From assembly GCF_009914755.1 (NCBI RefSeq), contig NC_060929.1: a stretch of DNA of 64,000 nt; one strand, given 5' to 3'. This document shows, piece after piece, positions 13,201 to 26,929 of this stretch (the stretch's first letter is position 1; each line of letters starts with the position of its first letter). This stretch comes from the human T2T-CHM13v2.0 reference genome, Homo sapiens. The notes beneath the pieces are model-generated. The model did not search any database. It saw only the letters and a program-made list of their open reading frames with translations, and had not been told where the DNA came from. Made by a program: the position numbers and the translations under genes.

Positions 13201-14971
13201 CTGCTTAAATCCAAGATTTAAAAGCAATGATCAGTCTAAATACATACATTTTTCCTTGTGTATGCAATGAGGATGATCTCAACTACGTGGTTAATACATA
13301 TTTGGGCAATTTGATCTTTGGCTGTTGTTATTAAGAAGTATTAAAATGCAAATTTGGGTGGCAATGATAGTATATGACGACATGAAATGCAAATTTTACA
13401 TTGACAAAAAGAGGTAGATAAAATATGTTACATGTCCATCGTATTAGAATGCGGGAAATCTAACACAAGTAGGAAAATAGTAGAAGGAATAATTCTAGAT
13501 ATGTTCCACTCAAAAAATCACATCTGTTTAACTGGTGGTAAAATAAATCACTATAGTTAAAAAGTACTTACAGTAATTTCATTAAAAAAACACATAGGTG
13601 AAAGCATGTACTATTTTATAATAAATAAATTTCTGTGTATGAGGCTACAAAATTTTTTAAAATTTCACCCTCAAATGTATCAATAACTTCTATACCTGAG
13701 AAGTCATAAAATTACATATAGAGAGAGATTGCCACCAAAATCCCTTAATCTCTAATGTTCAAGTCTGAATAAAGGTTAAAGAGACTAAGGAGAGTGGCAA
13801 AACATTTATCAGAAGAATTATAAAGAAAGATAAAGGCAATTAATTACTTAGGGGTCAATGGAACTCTACCTTCACCAGATTGACTCTTATATTGAAAATG
13901 GTCAAAAGAGTTTTGCAAAAAGCAGGCTGGCATTTGACAAATCAGGGCTTAAAGATAATGTAGACTAGGAATGGGAAATTTGTAAGATCACACATACATA
14001 TCCGATTCTTTCAAAACAATTCATGTTGGTATCAATTACCTTATTATTAACTTTAACTTGAAAAGACTAGTCAAATTTTTCACTATCAAACCTTGCATGC
14101 CCCAGAGAGTGATGAGGAAGTTACAGGGTGCCTTGCAGTGATTCTTTACACAGTATGTAAATACTTACTCATTTATAACCTGAAGAAATTGAACAACTGT
14201 AGAATTAAAAGTACGTTTTCTTTGAAAGTGCTCCACTCTCAAGTGTTATGTTTAAGAACAGTAGCCTCCTGAATGTATCGTATTAAAATATAAACACTAA
14301 TTATAACTGCATGTTGAATTTGGTACAATCTAGACGATGTTTTTACAGACTAAATGTTAGAGTCTGATGAAGCAAAGACATAACTTGAATTATTTAGTCA
14401 CAGGCCCAAATAGGTGATAATGAAAATCAAGAAAGAAATAAATTGCTTATGCTTATCGAAATCTTCTACAGAAGCTTAAAGGCATTAGTCTGAACTTGGA
14501 TATGTAAGAAAATATATCAACTATTTGAAAAAAAACTAAATTAATTATAAAACATATCACATACATTGAAATGGTTCCATGTGTCAGTTTTACAGAACAA
14601 GTGAAACTCAAAATCTGGCTTTTTCCTCTGCTTCAGCTGACTCACCCCTAGCAGGTTATCTTCAACAGATGTTACTGAGTAGTTAGCTCCTCACAGGTTG
14701 AGTAAAGGCAAATGGTCTGCCTTACTTACAGCCTCCCCTTTTTGTAAGCATAAGGACAACTCTACTATCATTTTCAGTATCAATGCTATGTTGGTGAAAT
14801 CATCTTATCAGTAGGCTATTTGGCATTTCAGCAACGACAATGGCATAAGGCTAAACGTGGTTTAGAAAACATGCTAGTACTAGAGGGGTGTGTGTGCGCG
14901 CGCACCCGCGTGTGTGTGTGTTTCAATTACTTTTACTTTACGGTGGAGATTTCGCTTGTGATCACGTGATA

Positions 14972-15048
14972 AGTGATATCAACCTAAATGTATTTTATTA
15001 CATGAAATTAATTTATGAAACAGTTGTATGTTTTTTAATGGTGTGCAT
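14972..15048 (+). repeat. 77-bp direct repeat, copy 2 (copy 1 at 11646-11722)
   Basis: Ungapped manual alignment gives 68/77 identical. Confidence 0.9.
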
Positions 15049-16636
15049 TAGAGTGATACAATTTATTTAAAGAGCCTCAGTGAAAGCCAATAGAACCATC
15101 TCCAACTTACTTTACAATCAGTTAATTCTTAATATTTTCTGCATATAAAATTAACAGAAATCTATCTAGATTTGGTACAGTTTTGAGTTTTAATAACAAA
15201 GTTAAAAGTTATAAGAGTTGGAGGGAAACAACCTTAAGAGAGATTACTAAAGAAAGGAAAAACATTCGTTCTAAATGATCTGGTGAAAGGAAACAAAAGG
15301 AGAAATAATTTTCTGGCAAGAACTGAGTAACTTCTAAGTTAAAAGGGTTAAAACCACATGATTCTGTGGACAGAGCATCATTAAAGTGAACTGTGCTAGA
15401 ATAATAGCTATAAGACAGAAGGATAACTCCTATGACATTTGATTCAGCTGGAAAAGCTCAAAGCCTTCAAATCATTATAGCTAAGAATTGATTTATTTTT
15501 GCCCCCCAGCACTAAAAGGAATTTTAAATGGAAGAATATCTTCATTTTGAGAAAAATGTTAGAGTCTTACCAAAGCCCCAAATTACTTGGGGTTAATAAG
15601 ACCTTTAAGAGCATGTATAAAAAAAAAGTTCCTGATTTTTCTCTTTCTTCCCCTGTCTGATGTTATTTTTTCTTAAAACTTTACTCAATCATCCACAAAA
15701 TAATAATACTTTGGGAAAAAATAACGTGAAATGGTTGTTTTCAAAATGTTTTTAAATGCATCTCAATGACTTTGTAGAATTGTTCTCTTTATGCTCATGG
15801 AACTTGTGTCTACCTAATTCTTATGATAGTGCAGTTAATTTCTATCATGGTAATATTTTTAAATGCCATCCTAAATATTTCCACCTTTTCATTTCCCCTC
15901 TTTTTAGTCCTTTACAATGAAAGTCCATGGTTAGTGGATTTCTGCATTTAACAGTGCATCTGAATGGTAGAGAAGTGGAGGAAGGAGCTTCCTGTACAGA
16001 TCAGCCTGAACTAGTGCTGCAGCGCCTCATTGCTTTGAGTGTCCTGTGTAGAATTCTGAGGTGCTCCCAGGCCCTAGAGTGATGTGGAAGTTATGGGGTG
16101 TCTGCTACCATTTCAGCAGGATAATCACCAAAAAGAGGGGTGAGGCTTACCTACTTAGTCGATAATCAAATGGGAGTTGCATCAGGCCTAACAGTATCAG
16201 GAGTGCCAGCAAAAGCCAAAGCAAGAAACAAGGAAGCAAGCAGAACATGTGGATCTCTACCACGCTGTGATCAAGCACCAGAAGGTAAATGAGCCAAGGA
16301 CACTGAACTAGTGGCTACAGTGTAGACCAAAGAACAGCACAAAAGGAGCTGTTCACTTTCTTTCCCATGAGTATGTAAGATACATGCAGCCTTATATGAC
16401 CTTGATGCAAAAGGAAGAAAAGGGGGTAAAAGAAGAAACCTTGAAGAAATTGAATTCACGTTCAGCTAAGTAGGAAGAAAATATTTTGAATTGGGAAATA
16501 CATTTCTTTTCAATGTCAGATTTAAGTTTCACGTTGTGTGTGCCTATGTGTGTCAGGTGTGTTTTTGCTATCAATGTCAATGAGAGGGTGGTTAGAGAGT
16601 GAACTGAGATCATGTGTAGAAAATGAAGAAAATTAA

Positions 16637-16981
<345 letters not shown>

Positions 16982-17100
16982 TAAAAAGAGGATTAAAATA
17001 GCCTCATAATGCCCATCTATGTGTGTTGTGATACTGGGTAAAAAACACACATATATCCTAGTGCTTCATTCAGTCTAAGTTCTATTGACTGTTTGCTTGT

Positions 17101-17409
17101 TTTTTTTTTTTTTTTTTTTTTAGAAGGAGTCTGGCTCTGTCGCCCAGGCTGGAGGGCAGTGTTGCGATCTCTGCTCACTGCAAGCTCCGCGTCCCGGATT
17201 CACGCCATTCTTCTGGCTCAGCCTCCTGAGTAGCTGGGACTACAGGCACCTGCCACCACGCCTGGCTAATTTTTTGTTTTTTTTGTATTTTTAGTAGAGA
17301 CGGGGTTTCACATGTTAGGCAGGATGGTCTCGATCTCCTGACCTTTTGATCCGCCCGCCTTGGCCTCCCAAAGTGCCTGGATTACAGGCGCGAGCCACTG
17401 CACCCGGCC
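17101..17409 (-). mobile_element. AluY
   Basis: 'gcaagctccgc', 'tcacgccattct' and 'ggatggtctcgatctcc'. TSD gactgtttgcttgttttt / gactctttgcttgttttt (starting 17087 and 17410). Confidence 0.93.
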
Positions 17410-17509
17410 GACTCTTTGCTTGTTTTTGAAAGCAAGCGCTACCCAAAGTAGCTTATGATGGAAAAAGTCTAACATTAGAATATCTTAAAATCAGAGATGA
17501 GACTCTAGA

Positions 17510-18055
17510 GCTATGCTTTCCAACATGGTAGCTATGCCATGTGGCTATGGAGCACCTTAAATGTAGCTAGTCCAAGTTGAGCTGTGCTGTAAGTGTGAAA
17601 AAATGACATTGGGCCGGATGTGGTGGCTCACACCTGTGATCCCAGTACTTTGAAAGGCCAAGGCAGGCGGATCACGAGGTCAGGAGATGGAGACCAGCCT
17701 GGCCAATATGGTGAAACCCTATCTCTACTAAAAATATAAAAAGTTAGCTGGGTGTGGTGGAGGAAGGCCTGTAGTCCTAGCTACTTGGGAGGCTGGGGCA
17801 GGAAAATTGCTTGAACCCGGGAGGCAGGGTTGCAGTGAGCTGAGATCGGGCCACTGCACTCAAGCCTGGGCAACAGAACTAGACTATGCTAAAAAAAAAA
17901 AAAAAGTCACGTTGGAGTCCAAAACCTTATTATAAAATAAAAGAATGCAAAATACCTCCTTAATAATATTTTAAGGATGATTGCATGCTTAAATGACAAT
18001 ATTTTAAATTTATTTCATTTAAATAAAAAATATTTTAATATCAATTTTACTTTCA
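17510..18055 (-). mobile_element. MER33 (hAT-Charlie) DNA transposon split by an Alu
   Basis: 'ccatgtggctatggagcaccttaaatgtagctagtcc...gtgctgtaagtgt' resumes after the Alu as 'aaagaatgcaaaata...gattgcatgcttaaatgacaatatttt'. Confidence 0.7.
17612..17905 (+). mobile_element. AluS (Sc/Sg-like)
   Basis: ggccgg start, 'ggatcacgaggtcaggagat', and A-tail at 17891-17905. Confidence 0.92.
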
Positions 18056-18386
18056 TATTAATATTTTTAATATTTAATTATTGAGTACTTATTTATGTCA
18101 GGCATACATATAATAACATTCACGAAAAGTCTAATAAGTGGTTCAACCCAGTGCATATGATACAACATACAAGTTGGAAAATAGATCATTGTTTACATTT
18201 ATATAAACAATATCAGCTAGATTTATTTTCAGCAATTTTGTTCACAATTTATCATTTTTTTGCCACTTGGAACTGGCCATTAATTGTGAGCTACTTGGTG
18301 TAGGGAATATTCCTTCTAATCTTTTTCTCTTTTATAATAAGAAAGTAATGTAGTATTATGTAACATGAGTAAATATACTTTCAGTA

Positions 18387-18569
18387 ACTATGGTTACAAA
18401 CTTTAGATTCTATAAGAATCACTGAGGTTTGTTATAAATGCATTTTGCTATGGCCCAATCCTAGAGTCTTAGCTGTAGAGCTAAAATAGGGCCATGAAAT
18501 CTGTATTTTTAATCCACATGCCAGAACTTTGATGTGAATGGTTTGAAGGCTACACTTTGAGAAATGTTG
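18387..18569. mobile_element. MER5A-like hAT MITE
   Basis: 'agaatcactgag.tttgttataaatgca', 'aatctgtatttttaa' and terminal 'acactttgagaaatgttg'. Confidence 0.6.
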
Positions 18570-18604
18570 GAAAAGACAGATAAGGAACTAGGCCTTAACA
18601 ATTT

Positions 18605-19055
18605 TATGTATTCAATCAAAATTTATTAAGCAACTCCTATGTGTTTTTATACTTCTAGATTCTTAGATAGATCAGTGAACTGGATAGAAAAAACATCCAC
18701 ATCTACTAGTAACTTGCATTTGACACAGATGAGAGAAGAAAAAGAATAAACCAGAACATTTGTAAATGCTATAAAAGAAATAGAAGCAAAGTATGGTAAC
18801 AGGAATTGAGGAGACAGGACTAGCTACTTTAGATAAGAGTCATAGAAAAAGATGATGTTTTAGTTGAGACTTGAAATTCAGCAAGGTGGAAATTAAAAAT
18901 GCTTGGAGCTCTCAATAAACCTAAAAAGAGCAGTGTTGCTAGAGTATAGTGTGAGGGGCTAGAGTTATATGAGACAAATGTTGTCAAGGAAGGCATATCT
19001 AGTTTATTGGAGCCTTGTAGGCTACGTTAAGGTGTATAGATTGAATTTATACCAA
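18605..19055 (-). mobile_element. L2 fragment
   Basis: 'attcaatcaaaatttattaagcaactcctatgtg' is the antisense L2 3' end; downstream 'ggagccttgtaggctacgttaagg'. Confidence 0.55.
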
Positions 19056-19429
19056 AATAAGCTATAATGTACATCTTAAGTTTTTGTTTATCCAGCTTCC
19101 CTGCACTCTTCTTTCATGAGTAGAGCCTTGATCTTTCTTTTGGGAGAATCTCATTAAATACAGTTGGAGGAAACCAAAGTACCCTAATCTGTCCTGTCAA
19201 TCATACAATTTCTCCCCACTTTCAAAATTGAGCCGAACAGTCTAAAGATAGCAACTGGTTTGATCTAATGCACTCTTTAAGGGACTCTTTGAAGATACAC
19301 TTTATTATTTTCTGCTGTTTACAGGTGAGGAGATGACACAGTTCTTGTCTTCTTAAAAGCTTTGATTTTTACTTTGCTTTGTTTTTCCATCGTTTTGCCA
19401 CAGACGACCACTTCCTCTACCAACATGTG

Positions 19430-20345
19430 ACCAGACCTGTTCTAAATTCATACTCTCTCCCTGGTGATGTCATCTAATTTCTTGGCCAGTGATGCCCTAA
19501 TTTTTATCTCTAGCCTTCTCTATTCAATTTCCTACATTTTAATTCAGATGTCTACTAAGTATCTTTAACTAAACATGGCAAACCAAACCCCTGATTCTTG
19601 TTCCTGCAAGCCTATTCCCTTAGTACTTTTTTCTGATTCTGTAAAGGGAAACATAAGACTTCGAGATGCTCTGGGTAAATATTTTTGAGACATAACTTGA
19701 TTTCTCTCTTTATTTCATTTCCAATAACATAACTAACAACAGATCCTGTGGCGCTAGCCTCAGAATATGCCTGGATTCCAATCACTTCTTAATACTGCTG
19801 TCATCTGTTTCCTGGATTTTGCCCTAGGATCCTAAGCAATCCTGATATTTTTTCTCACGCTAGTATATTCTCAATGTGACAGGCCGACTTAACCTTCCTA
19901 AAGGCAAATTCAGTTATCTCACTTTCCTTTTTAAAACTCTATAATGGTTCCAACCACTCCCAAATCCTTGCAAAGTTTAATAAGCCAATTTTAGATATTT
20001 TATCCCAACCACTCTAACTCATCTCCAAAATTCTTCTTCTATAATATTGATTTATCTGTAATCTATACACACAAAGAATATTCCTTCATTGGAATGTATT
20101 GGACCCTTCACTCTTTTTGCCTTTATGTAGAATGCCTTTCCACTTAATCTCCACAAGCTTGCTACATTCATGCCTATCATCTAACTTACAATATTTTTAT
20201 TATTTATTTGTGCACTTGTTCTCCCTAACAGAATACAGACTTCATAAGGAGAAATAATTTTTCTGATTACCTTTCACTGCTATATCATCATCAGTACTAG
20301 GAAATGGTATGACACAGCTAATACATGTATAAATGAATAAACTAA
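19430..20345 (+). mobile_element. L2 fragment
   Basis: 'tactctctccctggtgatgtcatc' and 'cttgatttctctctt', ending in the 'ataaatgaataaa' L2 tail. Confidence 0.55.
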
Positions 20346-20649
20346 TGAATAAATAAAAATGAATGAATAAATATTGAAATAAGTAGATAACAAAATTAAA
20401 AATAAAACTAAAACCCTACTCTGATATTTAAACAAAAATTTATTATAAATAGTTTCAAGATTCATAAATTTTGAAGCATGTTTTACTCTAGATTAAGAAA
20501 GCACAGGCCAAATTATTACTAATCTCAAAGTGAAAATAGCCTTTCTAACCAATTCAAAATATAAAAATCTAGACACTTCTTAAAGGCTCCATCTCCAAAT
20601 ACAGTCCTATTCTGAGCTAGTTGGGGTTAGGATTATATTTAATACACAA

Positions 20650-21400
20650 GAATAGATCATTCATTAAAAATAGTACACAAACAATAAATATCCAATGTAA
20701 AAAAGGGTAAATTTCCTTAATTAAGAAAATACTCAAAATATATTTATTATTAAAAAGACAATGAAAAAAAGATGTGCAAATCAAAACAGCAATGGAATTC
20801 CATTCAGTTTGGCAATAAACAAAGTAAACTAAACTAAACTGAATTAATGATATTCTTACTGAAGAAATGGCTTTTACATTTACTGAGCATGTAAATAGGT
20901 ACAACACTTCAGTGGAAAAATGTGATAATATCCATTAAAATTCAAAATGTACATATCTAGCAATCTTTCTGCTATGAATTTAACTAACATACATACTCAC
21001 AGAAATTCACTTACTTATATTCACATGGATACTGCATCATAGCTTGTAATATTAACACTACAAGTAATTGGGATTTGGTTAAATTAAAAGCATGATACAT
21101 CCATAAAACAGTGATGCCGTTGTATTTAACAGAAAGTGATAGCTCTACATGTGTGGACAACCAAACAAGCAAAAAGCAAAAAAACAAGTATTTGGCAAAG
21201 TGCAGAAAAGAAGTACCCTAACTTTCTCTTTGTGTAATTATTTTAAGAGGATGATATAGTTGAGTACATATATGCAATTATATGCAAATTGCATGAAATT
21301 CATATTTTGGTTGTTTGGTGGGATAGAAAACTTTTTCCTACATCTATTTAATATATTTGATTATTCAGATCTTAGCTATGTGCTACATGTACTTAATACT
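20650..21400 (+). mobile_element. Old L1ME-type 3' fragment
   Basis: 'gcaaatcaaaacagcaatg', 'taaataggtacaacac', 'ctagcaat' and 'tggttaaattaaaagcatgatacatccata'. Confidence 0.5.
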
Positions 21401-22148
21401 TTAAATTTATTTATTGTGAAAAATTCAAATATTCTCAAAATGGAAAAATAAACTAAACTCCTTCAACCCATTACTCAGGTTACAATTATCAAAATTTTGC
21501 CAATCTTTTTGCATCTGTGCCTCCCTCTCCATGCCTGCCACTTCTTTTCCCACCAAATTGTAACAGGACAATAATGAAGCAGAGGACCAGTAGGGAAAAA
21601 CCTGTGGTAGCCAATATAAAGGATGATGAACATCAGAGGCCATTTGTTGGGCTACATTTATTTCTAATTCTTCTAGTAATTATTTTAATTCCTCCATCCT
21701 TTCAACAAATTCCATTATTATTTGATTAAGCTCTTAAGAAAAAATCAAAAACCCTAAACTAACTATAAATGTTTTTCAACTTGTTTTTTAAAATATATTT
21801 CTACAGAAAGCTTATTGATTAATAAAGGCACAGAACTACGAATATCCAAAGGAAAAATAACATGCTTTGATTTATCAAGTTTCCTATTCTACTTAAAAAA
21901 GTCATGCTTATGTGAGGATTATTTTTCTCATGTCTAAATCACAGCTTATTATTTTATAAGAAATTAAATTATAATGGCAGTGCAGGAAAATGCAGAATAT
22001 TCTGTAGGATGCTCTTACTGTGACTATCCCTGGAAATGTGAAATACTATGTATTAAACTATTTATTCTCTAGGCTTTTCCTGCCCTCATGAAGTAAAGGT
22101 TTTAGATAGTTACATAGAAAGAGAGAGAGACAGACAGAGAGAGAGACA

Positions 22149-22314
22149 CTACTGCAGGCTTTCCCTTATTGATCCTCTGCTTTCATTATTGTCCTCTTAC
22201 AATTTGGTGGGAAAAGAAGTGGCAGGCATGGAGAAGGAGCCCAAGATGCAACAAGATTGGCAAATTTTTGATAATTGTAACCTCAGTGATTGATTGAAAG
22301 AGTTCAGGAGTTTA
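22149..22314 (-). repeat. Inverted local copy of 21454-21610
   Basis: e.g. 'ttacaatttggtgggaaaagaagtggcaggcatggaga' is the exact reverse complement of 'tctccatgcctgccacttcttttcccaccaaattgtaa'. Confidence 0.92.
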
Positions 22315-22380
22315 TATATCTATTTACACACACATATATTTATATATCTATGCACATATTATATACATATGATACATATA

Positions 22381-22531
22381 CATGATACATCCATGTATAC
22401 AACCATAAAAAAGTGATGCAGTTGTATTTAACAGAAAGTGATAGTTCTACAGAAAGTGATAGTTTAACAGAAAGTGATAGTTTTGCTTGTTTGTGGATAA
22501 CCAAACAAGCAAAAAGCAAAAAACAAATATT
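22381..22531 (+). repeat. Direct local copy of 21091-21192 with internal triplication
   Basis: Shared 'catgatacatcca', 'gttgtatttaacagaaagtgatag' and 'aaccaaacaagcaaaaagcaaaaaacaa'. 'acagaaagtgatagt' occurs three times in the copy. Confidence 0.92.
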
Positions 22532-22582
22532 ATAGTATTATATATGCAGAGAGAGAGAGAGAGGAGAGAGAGATTAGATAAT

Positions 22583-22941
22583 TCTATTAGTCTCCTAGGG
22601 CTAGGACGGGCTTAAGAAAATACCGCAGAGGGGGTGGTTGAAGGCTAGACATCCACAATCAAGGTGTGAGCAAGTTTAGCAACTTCTGAGGCCTCCCTAC
22701 TTGGCTTGCAGATGGCCACCTTCTTGTGTCTTCCCACGGTCATCTCTCTATGTGTTATGTATGTCTTAATCTCCTTTTCTTTTATGGACACCAGTCAAAT
22801 TAGATTAGGGCTCACACATCTGACCTAATTCTACCTTAGTCACTTCTTAAAGGCTCCATCTCCAAATGCAGTCTTATTCTGAGATATTTGGGGTTAGTAC
22901 TTCAACATATGAATTTCGGGGCCACATTTCAGCCCGTAACA
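22583..22941 (-). mobile_element. MLT1B-like MaLR solo LTR
   Basis: 'atcaaggtgt', 'cttctgaggcctccc.acttggcttgcagatggcc' and 'ggacaccagtca.attagattaggg'; ends 'ttcagcccgtaaca'. Confidence 0.8.
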
Positions 22942-24475
22942 GATATATAAATAGGTATATAATAGAAAAGACGTATCTTCTTAATATTTCAAATTTCAAG
23001 GGAAACAAATTCTAAGATCTATATAGAGATATACTATGGATAACTAAGCTATTGCCAATGCTTAGCCTTGTGCTGAATGAAAGACAGTAGACCTTTAATT
23101 AGTATTAGATGAATAAATGAATATAAAATTGAGCTACTAAAGAGAAAAACTTAGTGAAGTCATGTTCCTGTAATGTCAAGATTATATCTGGCTTATTTGC
23201 TAACTTAATTTAGATATATAAGAGAAATATTTAGCAGCAACTTTTTTTATTTAAACTAAACAATATCTTGTAAGCTTGTGATGTTCTGGCCCTTCTAGTT
23301 ATTAATGCCCATATATTTCACAGATAAATCACGTTTATCTTCTCATTTAGAAAATAGATACATGACCACAGATATAAAGATTACTCTTTAAATAGTTGCT
23401 TTTTAATAGTTTCTGGTTGCAAAAATATTAAAGCATTATATGAATAATATTGATTGTACAATTGCATATACAGGTAGAGCTAAATAAAAAACTATAGCAA
23501 GTGTAACATTTTCTTTAATGAAGCAGTTATAACTGTATTTCAATTCTAACTCAATAATTTCACAGATTAAATATAGAATAATTGTTAAATCAATAGCAAA
23601 ACATTTAGGTACATGAATCATCAGTTTGATAAAAGGCCATTACAATTATTAGTCAATGTTATGTATGAAATATTCATATGTATGCATATATAACTGATCC
23701 TGCATTTTCCTGAGTTCTACCACTCACATGTTCCAGAGGAGAGAATTTTCTCTCCTTCCATGAATACTTTCTGGCCAATGGGATGACATCGGCAGTTGAA
23801 CTTGACAAAGTCCATGTGTTAGCCAATGAAAGAAGGATGAGGCAGTCCTGTCAAAGAAGAATAAACAGAATTCCACATCAGAGCTGAGTTTGCAATTGCA
23901 GTTTGGTAAAGTCTGAAAAATGGAGGTAAGCAGTCAGGCTGATTTCAAAATAAGCCATTCTTTCTTGTAAAAAGCAAACAATCTTTCAAATGGGATTTGA
24001 AAACAATTGTATATCAAGCCACAAGTCATACACACTACCGCCAACAGCTCACTCAAGAAATAGATAATGTTTCATCTTTACAGTTTTGATTAACTAAAGC
24101 AGTGACACCCACACTTCACACAGATAAAATTGTAAATGATGTTTAAGTACTTACTTATGAGCATTTCTCTAAAATGTTTTGTATACCATAAAGAAAATTT
24201 TAAAAACTTATACTTACTGTATTCTCTAAGGAAGTTTATTGCTTAAATTTCCATGCAGAATAATAAAACATGCATATTTTACCTTCTTCACTAAATAAGC
24301 CTGTACTACCTAGATCTGGAGCTTTTCCCTTGTAAATCTACTTAGTTAATGGAAATAGTAACTATGCGATTAATAGAACATATTTATGTGTGTCTCTTAG
24401 CCCAGACACAATTATATAATATAAAATAAACTTTATGCCGTAAGGAACTTATTTCTGTTATATTATATTCTGATA

Positions 24476-24586
24476 CAGTAACCAACCAGGCCATATTGCA
24501 TGTGACTTGGGAGTTTCCCTGGATGTGGGACTTTCAGTGTTAAAATCAGGACAGTCCTGGGCAAACTGAGATGGCTGGTCACCCAA
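24476..24586. mobile_element. MER81-like hAT-Blackjack MITE
   Basis: 'gggactttcagtgttaaaatcaggacagtcctgggcaaactgagatggctggtcaccc' with a degenerate left TIR. Confidence 0.7.
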
Positions 24587-25139
24587 TGACAACATATAGG
24601 AGATTTTATTATAAGACAGAAAAATTAATAAACCAGAAATGAAGAACCGCATCAATGATAAAAATAATGTCCCCGAACCAGTACTCATCCAGTTTTAACT
24701 TCATTCTGCTAAGGAAAGCCTTTGCATGGAAGGAAAATATGACATTGTATATGGATAAAATGCTGACCATTCTCACCAAAGATAAGAAAGGTCACTAATG
24801 ACCTTAGTATTGTTCATTTTGTCCACCAAACCAACCAATTCAGCCTATTAAGAATTCCTTGAGTCTCATGAATCTGTCTTATTCTCCACATTTTCTACTA
24901 CTAATGCCTTCACTTATGTCTTGATTATTGTTCACCTAGGCCTTACCTGTTTTACTCTTTTTTTAACCATCCAATTCATCTACATTGTAGCAGGAATGAC
25001 TGTTAAATTAATTTTAAACAAATCTGATAATGTTATTATCACACCTAACATCAAGTTATCCTCTTTTCATCTGAGGCTACAACTTGGAAAACAAAGGATA
25101 ATCTTATTTTATGTGGCTATTTTAAAAAATATGTACGCT

Positions 25140-26535
<1,396 letters not shown>

Positions 26536-26584
26536 TCCAATAAATGTCTTTTAGAAGATATACATAGAGGTATTAAAGAGTACA

Positions 26585-26929
<345 letters not shown>

